A DNA stretch of 64,000 nt. Source: Piromyces finnis finn. Its lineage: Eukaryota; Fungi; Neocallimastigomycota. The stretch is taken from assembly GCA_002104945.1 (NCBI GenBank), contig MCFH01000023.1:62001-126000 (forward strand), written 5' to 3'. Below, one piece after another: positions 37,809 through 50,535 of this stretch. Below the pieces are notes generated by a model that had not been told where the DNA came from, searched no databases, and saw nothing but the letters and a program-made list of their open reading frames with translations. The translations under genes and the position numbers were made by a program. Position 1 is the first letter of the stretch. Each line of letters starts with the position of its first letter.

Positions 37809-40059
37809 ATGGAAAAAGAAAAGGAAAAAGTAAAAGTAGATAATACTTTATTAGACATTAAAGCCTTTGATTCAGAAATAATAACTATTATTAAAGAGTT
37901 TAGCATAACTTTTCAAAGTAACTATGAATTAAAAAATTTTTAATAATTTAATATTCGGAATTTTGAGATGTTACAATTTATTGAATGAAAATAAAAAGAG
38001 TGATTTACAAAGTAAATTAAAATATCTATATGACTTATTTAAAAATAATAAATATTCGGAATTCTTAAAAAGCAGTTATTCAGATATAATTAAATTTTTA
38101 GAAAATACTGAAATATTAGAAAATGTAAAAAACCTAAATATTGAATATTATTTTGTATTAGAGTTATCCGAAGAAAAAGAAAATCTAAACGGCCTGACAG
38201 ATTTAAATCTTGAATATAAATATTTTATAGAAATACCAAAAGAAATAGGAAATTTACTCAATTTAACTCATTTGAATCTTGGATATAATTTTATATCGGA
38301 AATACCGAAAGGAATAGAAAATTTACACAATTTTACCAATTTAAATTTAGGACACAATTTTATATCTTACTTGTCAGAAGAAATAGGAAAGTTTAATAAA
38401 TTGACCACTTTAAATCTTGAATCCAATTTTATTCAAGAAATATCAAAAGAAATAGGAAATTTAATCAATTTAAAAAATTTAAATCTAAGCTTTAATAAAA
38501 TAAGTCAATTACCAAAAGAGATGGGAAATTTAGCCAATTTAAAAGAGTTAAATTTAAGTCATAATGATATAAGTGAATTACCAAAAGAGATGGGAAATTT
38601 AACCAACTTAAAAGAGTTGAATATAGCTGAAAATGAATTAATTGAATTACCAAAAGAAATAGAAAAGTTAAAGGAATTAAAAAATTTAAATGCAAGTTTT
38701 AATAAAATATGTTGGCTATCAAAAGAAATAGGAAATTTAACCAATTTAAAAGAGTTGAATATAGCTGAAAATGAATTAATTGAATTACCAAAAGAAATAG
38801 GATATTTAATCAATTTAGAAATTTTAACTTTATATTATAACAAATTAATTGAATTACCAAAAGAAATAGGAAATTTAATATACTTAAAAGATTTAAATCT
38901 GAATGATAATAAAATAGATAAATTACCAACAGAAATTGGAATGCTAACTAATTTAGAATACTTATATCTAAGTTGTAATTTTACAAGTGGAATACCAAAA
39001 GAAATAGGAAATTTAACCAATTTAAAAGAGTTGAATATAGATTTTGGTAATATATCTGATTTACCAAAAGAAATAGGAAATTTAATAAATTTAAAAGATT
39101 TGTATTTATGTTCTAACGGAAAAATCAAATTTCTAAAAGAAATGGGTAATTTAATTAATTTATCGAATTTAAATCTTGAAGGAAATAATATTTCAGAAAT
39201 ACCAAAAGAAATAGGAAATTTAGTTAATTTGTCAAACTTGATTATTGAAAGAAATAATATTTCAGAAATACCAAAAGAAATAGGAAATTTAACAAATTTA
39301 AAAGACTTATTTATAAATTCTAACGAAATTAGTGAATTACCAAAAGAAATAGGGAATTTAACAAAACTAAGTCATTTGAATCTAAGCAATAATAATATAA
39401 GCAAATTACCAAAAGAAATAGGAAAGTTAACAAATTTAGAATATTTAAATTTAGAAAATAATGAAATAATTAACTTTCCGGAAGAAATAGAAAATTTAAT
39501 AAACTTAAAATATTTGCATCTAAGATATAATGAAATAAGCAAATTACCAAAGGAATTAGGAAATTTAATACAATTAAAAGAGCTATATATTGATGAACAT
39601 TTATCTATTATCAAATATGGATATCATTCTACTAGTAAAAAAATAGATTTGAATAAAATGGAATTAACAGAATTACCTTATGATATAATAAATTCAAATG
39701 AATTAGAAGAATTAGATTTAAGTGATAATCAATTAACGGAATTACCTTTATTTATATCTAACTTTTTGAAATTACGAATTTTATATGTAGAAAAAAATAA
39801 ATTAAAAACAATACCAATTGATATTTTGAAAATAGAAAATTTAGAAGAGGTTATTATGGATAGTTGTGTTTTATCTTCCTTACTAAAAGAAAATGAAACA
39901 TATTTAAAAACAAGAATTAAAACAATAATTCCTGTATTAAAATCAGAAAGTATGATAAACACTATTATACACCTTATTATACTAAGTAAAAATCAACAAG
40001 CATTAACAATTAATGAATTCATTAACCATTTCGATTTTTGTCATCCTTATTTATTATAA
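37809..40059 (+). CDS. Leucine-rich-repeat protein (~22 tandem 23-aa LPKEIGNLxNLxxLxLxxN repeats)
   Basis: 698-aa ORF 37963-40059. A probable true ATG at 37809 (MEKEKEKVKVDNTLLDIK...YELK) is joined by removing one A from the A6 run at 37931-37936. No signal peptide seen. Confidence 0.85.
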
Positions 40060-40656
40060 AATTCATAATAAAAAAAAAGGGTAGTTGTTATTATGAGATT
40101 TTAATATTAATATATTTAAAATTGTGTTGTTTTTACAAAATATTTACTATAAATTTATAAAATAATTATATAGTATTATTAATTATCATTTTATAATTTA
40201 GTGTTTATTTACTTTTATTTATGAATTGTAAATGAATTATACAATATTTTTATAAAGAATTTACAAGAGAACTTAATATTATTAAAAATTATTTTAATGT
40301 TTTAAAACTTTTAATACATATTTTATGATTTCATACTAAATACATTTATTAATTAATATACATAATTAATCTACAAATAACCTTTATAAACTAATGAAAT
40401 TATAGCTATTTACATTAATACATATATAGAATATTATAAAATTAATTATACATTACTAGTAATGTATATTATACATATTACAATGAATTATGCTTTTAAT
40501 ATAAATTTGTTAATTCTTTATAATAACGAAATTACAATAAATATTGAATTCCAATTCTAAAAATAATTAATTAAATAATAACAAAATAAATAAATAAATA
40601 TGAAATTTAAAAAAAAATAATTTTATGCATCTACGATAGTATTAATATCTTATTAA

Positions 40657-42996
40657 CTAAAAAATCATATAAATAGAATTATTTTTGAAAGATGAATAGA
40701 TAGATCCATCTAAATTTCTTTTTAATAATAAATAAGGTTTATTAATAATAATTAATTTTAATATTTCTATAGATACTTTACATGGATAATAATTTTCATT
40801 ATTCCATACACCATAAATAATAACTTTTTTATTATTTTCATTCATAATACTATAATGATATGCAGTTATATTTTTAATATTCTTACATAAAAAAGAAAAT
40901 GATGGTAGTGTATTGTATAATTCATCATTATCTTTTATTATTGATTTATAGACTTACAAAAGAAAAATCATTATTTCTGAATAAATCGATATCCATAAAT
41001 ATACCTTTTAATCTGGAAATTCTTTTTCTGTTATTAAAATATTTAATTTAAAATATTTCTGTTAGCTTTTACAAATTAAAAAGTTATTAATCTGTTTTAT
41101 TATCTGAAACATATTGTTTAATGTATTTAGTTAATGTAGTATTAAATATTTAAAATATTTAATACTGTTAAAAATAATATTTTTTAGCATTATCTATGAT
41201 TGAAATTGAATTTTTTTTATACATAGAAAATATAGCTTGAACAAAATCATCATTAAAATTGAACAAATTCTTATCTGAACTTACTACATATTCATACCTA
41301 TAATTAAGAAGTGTAAATAATTTACATGTATTTAACATTATTATTAAAAAGGGAAAATAAGAATTACAATTGTAGACATAATCAAAAACACAATATGGAT
41401 ATATATTCATATTATTATCTACTGAAAAAGAAAGTATATTAATATCATTGTAATTATAATTTTCATTTATTAGTTTTAATTGCTTATTCTTAAACTTTTC
41501 TTTTACACAATTTACTAATTCCTTCTGACTAGGAATATTAGTGTATTTATTACAATTAGAACATATCATAAATTTATTATTTATTTCTGGAATATCAAAA
41601 TATTGTCTATATAAACCTTGTAATTCATAACCATAAGAAATAAATAAATTGGAAGGAAATTTTCCTTTACAATGTTTGTCTAGTTTATAAGTAATATCAA
41701 AATAAACAGATGTTTCTTTTTCTTTTTCTTTGTACTTTCTTATCACTTTAACACATTTAGGAACAAGATTTGATTCTGATATTGAATCAAATAATAACTT
41801 TTTATCATGAAATACAAAGTTATTATCAGTAGAATTTTTATTTGTTGAAAGAATAATTTTATATCCTGAATTTTCTGGTGTTCTATAATAATTATTATTC
41901 CACTGTACATACAGTATATTATTTTTAATATATTCTTCTTTATCAGCAATTACTGGTAATATCTTATCCTTATTATTAAAATATCTAGTATAATATTTCC
42001 AAATAATCGGTTATAATTTATTTTTAATAGAATATTTAATACTTTATTTCTTTTATAATAACTTATATGAAAATCAATATATAATAAATAAAGATAGTTT
42101 AATATTATTTTAATAGTCATATACATATACCATTCTAATTCTTGAAATTGGATAATTTCTGTAAACTGTTTATATTTGTTATATAGTTTCATATTCAATG
42201 ACTGATTAAAGATATTTATTATATATACTATTTTTTCTTCATTTTTTATTATATCTTCATTCTCATTAGTATATATATAAGGATATAAAACATTTTCATA
42301 TAATATCAAATCAAACAATTGGAAATATATATTTATTGGATAAGTAAAAAAAAAACAATACTTGATTTGAATCTAATTAGTAATTGATCAATCGAATAAT
42401 TTAAACATGGTAATAATTTACAAATAATATTATCATAAGTATCTCTTTCATAAAATGTTATTTTATTCCCAGTGATTCTTATACTATCATGACAACATTT
42501 AATAATTATGAAATTATCTGAATCTTTAACATTCTTATTTTTATCTTCTGCAATTAACACTTGATTATAGTGATATGTTTAAGTATAATTTTTATTAAAA
42601 TAATAGAAATAACTTATTCTTTTAATAAAAACAGTTACATATTGACAAGTATTTGGTGATTCTAACTTTATTATTTTATTATAAATATCTTTAAGTGTAT
42701 ATGAAGGTATATTTATAAAATTTTGTTTTTGTTGTATCTTTTAAATTAAAATTATATTTAAATACTTTTTCATTACATAATTTTTCCAAAGTATTAATAA
42801 GTAAAAAATTATTCAAATTGTTATTTACATCATTACTATACTTAATAGTATATTTATCTTTAGTAAGATTATTGCAATTAATAATACTTATTCCTTCAAA
42901 GAATGAAAAACATTCATTATTAATTATTATTTTATGTTCATTTGATAAATATTTTTCATTTTGTAGTAAATTACGGATTAATTCAATAATATTCAT
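40657..42996 (-). pseudogene. Decayed, intron-less coding region of unknown family (probably one or two long genes)
   Basis: Six co-oriented ORF fragments with protein-like linking frames (e.g. PVIADKEEYIKNNILYVQWNNNYYRTPENSG...VPKCVKVIRKYK in frame with 41168-41746; FINIPSYTLKD...NYT*TYHYNQVLIAEDK). Contains CSNC and CCHD motifs. Confidence 0.5.
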
Positions 42997-43222
42997 TAAT
43001 TAATAATTAATTTTATTAATTTTATATTAAATATAAATTAATATCATAATTATCATTTTATAATTATAATATTGATTTTTTAACGATATAAAATATTTTA
43101 ATTGTAATTTTAAATTTATATTTTTCATAAAATATAATAATATATATATATAGTAAAAAATATTAGTATTTTCTGTTGATATAATTTAAAATTTTTAAAA
43201 ATAAATTATTTAAAATTATTAT

Positions 43223-43915
43223 TTATTTCTTAATTTTATTTTGTTTATTATTTTTTATGTATAGTATACAATAACTTATACAAGAAAGTATACATATCAT
43301 AAATAAAAACTCAAAAAAAACTGCTATTAATTCAATAGATATTATACTGTTATTATCTAAAGGACCTTTCATATATTCAGAACATCTGTTAAATTTATTA
43401 CAGCATAATGAAGAACATTCATCATCGTTAATACATGATTCTTTATAATCTTTTCCACAATTCATATAAGTAGAGGAACTACTAAATGGAGGATTATAAA
43501 TATAAATTGAATCACAAGCAATTATTGGATTATCATCATTATAAACACAAAAGTTATTAATACATTTATTAGAAAAACATTCTGAATGATTGTTACATGA
43601 TGTTGAATAGGTTATATTAGGATAATTTAATTTAGTATCACAATATCCTAATATGGCATTTTCATATAAACAAGTTTCAAGAATGTAAGTTTTTAAAGTT
43701 CCATTTTCACTTGGAAAATCAATAAAATTAGGTCTATAATTACTACCTATATATATACATACATCAGATCTACAGTAAAATTTAATACCAGGATTATCAG
43801 TAATATTTAATACTTCATTTTTACTTAATATTGTATTTTCAGGTAAATCAAAATTATAAACTAATTGAAAATATAATATTAAATAAAAACTTAAACATTT
43901 TAATTGCTTATTCAT
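43223..43915 (-). CDS. Intact Cys-rich single-pass membrane protein (230 aa), family reference copy
   Basis: Signal peptide; CRSDVC; two C-x5-C-x-S-x2-C-x3/4-C clusters; C-terminal TM helix and basic tail. Confidence 0.85.
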   Translation of the reverse strand: MNKQLKCLSFYLILYFQLVYNFDLPENTILSKNEVLNITDNPGIKFYCRSDVCIYIGSNYRPNFIDFPSENGTLKTYILETCLYENAILGYCDTKLNYPNITYSTSCNNHSECFSNKCINNFCVYNDDNPIIACDSIYIYNPPFSSSSTYMNCGKDYKESCINDDECSSLCCNKFNRCSEYMKGPLDNNSIISIELIAVFFEFLFMICILSCISYCILYIKNNKQNKIKK

Positions 43916-44152
43916 TATATTTGTATATTTATTAAAATATATTTTATAATTAATATTTAAAATAATATTTTCATTTTATAATATATATTACTTTTATTTT
44001 TTGATGTTTAAATATTATTTAATTATATATTTTATTTATATAAGTAGTACTATTTATATATAAATAAAATAATTAGATTGCTTATTTTAAATTATAATTC
44101 AATATAAAATGATTATTTTTTTACATATTTTATTTAAAAAATATTATATACA

Positions 44153-44734
44153 ATGAATAAACTAATATTATTTATTATTTATAGTCTTTTCATAGCATTA
44201 TTTGTTAATGCTGAAGATAATATTGATGCTAATTGGATGAAATATATATCAAATAATTTATATATTAATCAAATAAATATACCTGGTACACATGATAGTG
44301 GAACTTTAAATATAGGTAATTACAGAAATGATATATTTGATTTTCCTATTGATGCAGTAATATCAGAATTTGGTCAAACACAAGATTTAGATATTCGTGA
44401 ACAATTAGAGCATGGAATTAGATATTTAGATATAAGAATTACAATAAAGAATAAAAATGATATCTTATATATTACACATAATGGAGTTAAATGTTTAAAA
44501 CCTATACATCTAAATCCCTCATCTAATATTAATACTTTACTTTATTTATCTGATGTTTTTGATTTATGTATAAGTTTTTTAAACAAACATCCAACAGAAA
44601 CTATTATTATACATTTAAAATGTGATGCTGTACCAGAAGAGCTTGGAAAAGATAATAAATATAAAATAATAAAAGAAAAAGTTGAATCATATTGTAAAGA
44701 TATAAAATATATCTTTAAATTATTTAATAATTAA
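44153..44734 (+). pseudogene. Secreted bacterial-type PI-PLC X-domain protein, 3' truncated
   Basis: Signal peptide, then DANWMKYI...QINIPGTHDSG...QTQDLDIREQLEHGIRYLDIR...YITHNG...HPTETIIIHLK. It ends at 193 aa, just before the retroelement remnant. Lacks the N-terminal extra domain. Confidence 0.85.
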
Positions 44735-44902
44735 TTAATAATTATTGAATAATAATTTTGATATTTTAATGAAAAAATTGTTTATAAAATTTATTGTATA
44801 AAATTTATGGAATAATTAAATAAAGATTAATTTTAAAATATCAAGGTTACAAATAAAATTTGGATAAATATTTAAATTAATGGATAATTAAATTTAAATA
44901 TT

Positions 44903-45145
44903 TTAAATATTCAAATTAAATCTTAAACCATAATCCTGTAAGCAAGGATCATGGTTGTTAATCAAGGTAGCAGCCCAATTCATTGCATCCCCGTAGAGGC
45001 GACTAACGACGTAGAAGACCTTTTCTCCATCGTCCCTTCCTATTTCAGGATGGATCATAAAGATCATGTCCATTTTGGCTAAGAATCCCTTCAGGTAGCG
45101 ACGGTTGCCATCAAAACCGTTCTTCAAATCAGCAGAGTTATCCAT
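44903..45145 (-). mobile_element. Truncated Ty3/gypsy LTR-retrotransposon gag (capsid N-terminus)
   Basis: FDGNRRYLKGFLAKMDMIF...KVFYVVSRLYGDAMNWA matches the retrotransposon-gag FxG...FL....F / S.L.G.A..W pattern. G+C-richer than flanks. Coding stops after CLQDY (~44930). Confidence 0.8.
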
Positions 45146-45214
45146 AAAAAAAATTAGAAGTAAGCAAATAAACGAGGCACTGAGGTAGCGATCTTTTTCT
45201 TAGAGTGTTTTTAT

Positions 45215-45622
45215 TGTAACGAAATATTATAATAATAAACACACACACTCTAATGTATCAAATATATATGTATTTTTTTAATAATGTTTATTTATTAAAT
45301 TTATTATTATAATACGACTAACTCGCTAGGTCAGTGTATTATCAAACTAAAGACGAAACAAAAAAAACTAATTTTTATTAATTATTAATAAAAACACTAA
45401 AGAACTATTTTATCTTTCTTATTCTCTCTTTTATACATGAAAATTATTTTTTTTTTTTAATACAACTTGATAAGTGAATTAATTACTGTAAAATATTAAT
45501 CTTAAAACAGATTATATATTTAACAATAAAACAATTAAACACACGATAAAATAAAAATAGGAGTTTCTTTTTTTAAAAAATTATCTTCTTTATTAATGGT
45601 TAGAAATAAAATAACAATTACA
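45215..45622 (-). mobile_element. Probable 5' LTR of the gag remnant
   Basis: Bounded by TGTAA (45215) and TTACA (45618-45622), immediately upstream of the gag leader. No partner LTR or TSD is available to confirm it. Confidence 0.4.
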
Positions 45623-46253
45623 TCGATTCAATTGATAAAATTTACATGTATTTATATTTTTTCATAATTATATTCTAATATATTATTCTATTTAAATAAA
45701 CATATATTTAATATAAAATAAACAAAACTAATCTAATTAAATAATAAAATAATAAAACTAAACTAAAACTAATTCATTATACTTTTAATTTAATTTGAGT
45801 AAACTCAAAATTGAATAAAGCTCAGGTATTATCTATAAATTAATTTAATATTATCAATACTATTCTTAATATATTTCCTATTGAAATATAAACACATCTA
45901 TTTTTAAAACTCAGTTAAAATTATTAAACTATTCTAAAATTAAATAAAAAGTATTTAAAGTTATTATGAATATTTAAAATATTTGAAATATTTAAATTTA
46001 ATTAGGATTCTTTTGTTCCTTAAATTTAAATATTTATCTTTATTTAATTTTGACGGAATTATTATAAAATAATTTATTATTAAATTATTCCATTGAATAT
46101 TAAAAACTTCATAGTTAATTTTAATAAATATTAATTTATTATTTAATAATTAATAGTTAATTATTAAATAATCTAAAGATATATATTATATCTTTACAAT
46201 TACTTAATGATTGGTTATAAAAATATAATTATGAAATTTTCATTAATCTAACC

Positions 46254-47360
46254 TTAATGATTTTCTAGTCTAACCCTTATCATTAGATATACCTCATTAC
46301 ACATACCTGGAACATTTACATAAGTAGCAGTTTGATTGTTATTAAAATTTGTACGTGTAAGAATAATTATTTTACCTCTTGCAGATCCAAGAGTAGGAAA
46401 TTTAACTATTTTATTTGGATCATTTGTTTCATATTCATTATAGAAAAAGTCACTAATAGATTTATTAGAATTTATAAATTTACTAGTATTTAAAACTGAT
46501 TTTTTAGCAATAATGTCAATAAGTTGCTCATTTGTTATATCATTAATTCTTTCCTTTTTTAAATGCATAATAATTGTTACTGATGGATGATCAATTAAAA
46601 AATTAATACTATCATTTATTATATCATCAAATTTAAGAATACCATTACCAAGTCCTTCTTTCATACAATAAACAGTATAACCAAGAATATCACCATGTGT
46701 AATAAATAATTCATGAGAAATTGTATTTATATTTCTATTAGAAAGTCTTATATCAAAATATCTAATTCCATTAAATAATTGTTCGTTAATATTTAAATTT
46801 TGAGTTTGAGCTAAAGAATTTAAATCTTCTACATTATAAGTACCAGTATCATGAGTTCCAGGAATATTTATTTGATTAAGTTTTAAATTATTATCAAGAT
46901 GTGACATCCAATTAGCATCATCATTAAAATAATTTGTATAACTACACCAGCCCCATTCAGTTAAAACACGTTTATTAGTGGTATCAATATCATAGTAACG
47001 AGCTTTATTCCAAATAACATTATCAGTTAATTCATTAATACCACTACTAGATTGATAACAATGACTGGAATTTACATTAACATATCCTTTATGTTGACAA
47101 TTATCAGGACTAACATAATTATCACTTAATTCTTGATCAGATGTAGAATGTCCTTTTGAATAACAATGTGATAAAATAATATCTTTAAATATCTATCCTT
47201 TTTCTCTAATACCTAAACAAACATATGTAGCTAAACAATTATAAGTAGTTATATAAGCAGTTCGTTTACCGTTATTTATTTCGAGATAGTTACCTCGATC
47301 TATTGAACAACTAATACTATTTATTAATGCAATTAAAGTAATTATAAATAATAGTTTCAT
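46254..47360 (-). pseudogene. Secreted PI-PLC X-domain protein with Cys-containing N-terminal domain; in-frame TAG at 47193-47195 and 3' truncation
   Basis: ATG at 47360 is exactly 151 codons upstream of the ORF-track start: MKLLFIITLIALINSISC...GIREKG*IFKD...CQHKGYVNVNSSHCY...YYDIDTTNKRVLTEWGWCSY...DANWMSHL...IPGTHDTG...GIRYFDIR...FITHG. Confidence 0.88.
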
Positions 47361-48083
47361 TTCTAATTATATTTTTTATATAAAATAAATTTAATAAATC
47401 AATTTAAAAAAAAATTTCACTAATAATTTAATAATAATATAAATATATTTATATCTATTTTTATTTTAATTAATTTTAATATATGTTTATATATACATAT
47501 ATATATATATATATGAACATTTAAATTATATATTTATGAAAATATGTAATTATCTTATAAAAACATAATCATGTATTAAAATTGCAATAAAGTAATATCT
47601 ATTTGTTTTAAATAGCTATATTTTATTTATTTTATTTTATTACATAACATTAAATCTCATTACATAACTATAATATATATATATAGTATCTTTTATTTTG
47701 TTAACCTTAATCATTTATAAATTCAATTTAATTTATAATATATAAAATAATTTTCAGAATTGTATGTACAACAATGTATATATTTATTGTGTGCCACATA
47801 ATATATGAATTATGGCTTATACCTTAGATCTATTACAATACATTAATAAATGTAATACATTCTTAAAGTTTTTTTTTATATTTAAAAAAGTGGAGGAAAA
47901 GAATCCTTTTTTCCATTTCTATAAAAACAATTAATATAATTTTATTTTTACTTTTATGAAAGGAATGAATTATGAAGGGGAATGATAAGATTACGATGTT
48001 TATTTTTTTATTATAAAATTAATACTTTGTTATTAATGAATGAATAATAAAATGTTTTCGATATGAACTAATTACAACTTTAT

Positions 48084-48355
48084 AAATAAAATAAAATAAA
48101 ATAAAATAAAATAAAATAAAATAAAATAAAATAAAATAAAATAAAATAAAATAAAATAAAATAAAATAAAATAAAATAAAATAAAATAAAATAAAATAAA
48201 ATAAAATAAAATAAAATAAAATAAAATAAAATAAAATAAAATAAAATAAAATAAAATAAAATAAAATAAAATAAAATAAAATAAAATAAAATAAAATAAA
48301 ATAAAATAAAATAAAATAAAATAAAATAAAATAAAATAAAATAAAATAAAATAAA
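48084..48355. repeat. (ATAAA)n microsatellite, ~54 copies
   Basis: Perfect pentanucleotide array. ORF 48080-48382 is its artefact. Confidence 0.97.
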
Positions 48356-48969
48356 AAAATAAAAAAGTAAAAAAAAAATCATTTTATTCTGTTAAAGAGA
48401 AAAAAAAGTTTACATTTGTAGAAAAATTATTTTATTTATAATATTTGAAATTTTTTTTTTTTTTGGTAAAATGTAGAGTATTTTTTCCCATCATTTGACA
48501 TCATCAACCATCATACTAACAGTAGCATTTCTGTGAAATAAACTTTTAATAACATCAGCACTACAAGTCAACAATGGTCTTTTTTTAATTAATCATAATT
48601 TATTATTGATATCTATATTATATATATTTTATTTCAAGTGTTATTTAATATAATAAAAAAAACTTTTTTTAAATAATAAAGGTTTAATTTTTTATTTTTT
48701 CATTATTTTTTAATAAATAAATAAATAAAATTTATATATATATAAACAACCTTAGCCCTTATTAACATTTTATTCCTATTGTTTTTTTTTTAACTTTAAA
48801 AAAATATAAAAATGTTTTTAATCGTAAAGTTATAACATTCATTATCTATTTTCATGAAACGTTAAATGGTTTATTACAATGTATATATAAATATTCAAAA
48901 TATAGAAAAATATTTAAAATACCTTAAATTTTTTTAAAAAAAAAACAATTTCTTTATTTTGATTTTATT

Positions 48970-49500
48970 CTATGTATTATTTTTATTATTTTTTTTTTTA
49001 TGTTTATAACAGCAAAGAATTAACAATAATATTGCAGCGATATATGGAATCATTATATTAATATTCATATATATATCAAAATTTTTATTTTCATTGCTTT
49101 CATCACTCGAAGGACCTTCCATTTGCATTAAACAATGATTATCATAACATTTTTTAGAAGAACATTCATCGTCATTATTACAAAAATCTCTAAATACTTT
49201 ACCACAATACATATATGAAGTTTTATTACCAGTATAAATGGAATCACAATGAACGAATGATGTACTATTATTAATAGCACAACGATTATTAAAACATTTA
49301 TCTGATATACATTCAGAATCAGACTTACATATAATAGATGAGCATGAATAATAACTATTATCATTGCAACATTTATTTGATTTAATTTCTTCATAAGTAC
49401 AAGTATAAACAATATAGTTTATTAAAGTTCCATTTTCATTTGGAATTTTTAAATTAAAATCTTCATAATCATATTTTGCTGAAGCACAAATATTATTTTT
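48970..49500 (-). pseudogene. Cys-rich membrane-protein family member, 5' truncated
   Basis: One open frame from ~49500: NNICASAK...IPNENGTLINYIVYTC...ICKSDSECVSDKCFNNRC...VHCDSIY...YMYCGKVFRDFCNNDDECSSKKCYDNHC...GPS...TM. Compare FPSENGTLKTYILETC in 43223-43915. Signal-peptide part is absent. Confidence 0.85.
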
Positions 49501-50535
49501 ATATTGCTAATTATTTAATCTTTATATAATTAGCAATATAAAGATTACTTATCCTAGATTTTTTAAGGATATAGCCAGATTTTTTAGCCAGAGGAAATTC
49601 AACCTCTGCCAGGATTTTAACCACCAATTATATTTTAATATAAAAATATTGTTCAATAGGATAATTTTAGTGTTTCTTTGATGGATGTATCATGAATGTA
49701 ACATTTAATTTTATTTAGACTTGTCATCATAATAACTTTCTTTTTATTGGTATTATTATTACATTTTATATTTTAATGTTTATATATCTTGCCTTTATGA
49801 TTTCTTTTTATTATCATACTTTCACAATACTTTATTGTATTGTTTTATTGCTATTTGACTTTTCACATTTGTATTATAAATAATATCACAAAAAAAAAAA
49901 AATAAATAATTAAATAAATTTCATCGGATTTATTTCCGCATTTCAGATTTTATTTTAAAATGATTTATAAAATTAATGGAAGCAATTTCAGTAACTTTTA
50001 AAATAATATAAAATAAAAATAGATTATTTTTCATTCTAATTTTATTATTATCACAATTATTTTATATTAATTGATAATTTAATAATTTAATTACTTCTTC
50101 TTTTATATATTAATTGTTAACCTCTATTGTTTGAATATCAATTTTTCTAAAAATCTTTTTATAAGATCTAAAATAGGTCTATGAATATTCTTTTTATTAA
50201 AAAAAATTAAGAATGAATTTTCTTTCAATAATAATTTAGAGTCGTAGTCCAATACAGTTATTACATTTTTATCTTTCACTTTATATGACAATATTATCAA
50301 TCTAAATAAATTAATTAATATAATTAAATAATCATTTTCATAATTGATAGAATCAAGGGTAAAGTTTATTATATTATAAATAGCATTATTTAAAATTTTA
50401 TTTATATATTTTATTATAAATAGTTGAACAATTTATAAATGTATAAGCCATATAATTCATATAATTAGTATTAAAATAATCATACTTTGAGCTATCACTT
50501 AATCATAAACTTTTTTTAATATAATTGTTATAAAA

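Noticed and set aside
48080-48382. 100-aa ORF (FYFIL)n
   Set aside because: It is the translation of the (ATAAA)n microsatellite.
49505-50530. Coding-like remnants and a GCCAG-repeat patch between the Cys-rich gene and the AAA gene; similar remnants at 53450-53800
   Set aside because: Too degraded to assign: no recognisable motif, termini or TSD.
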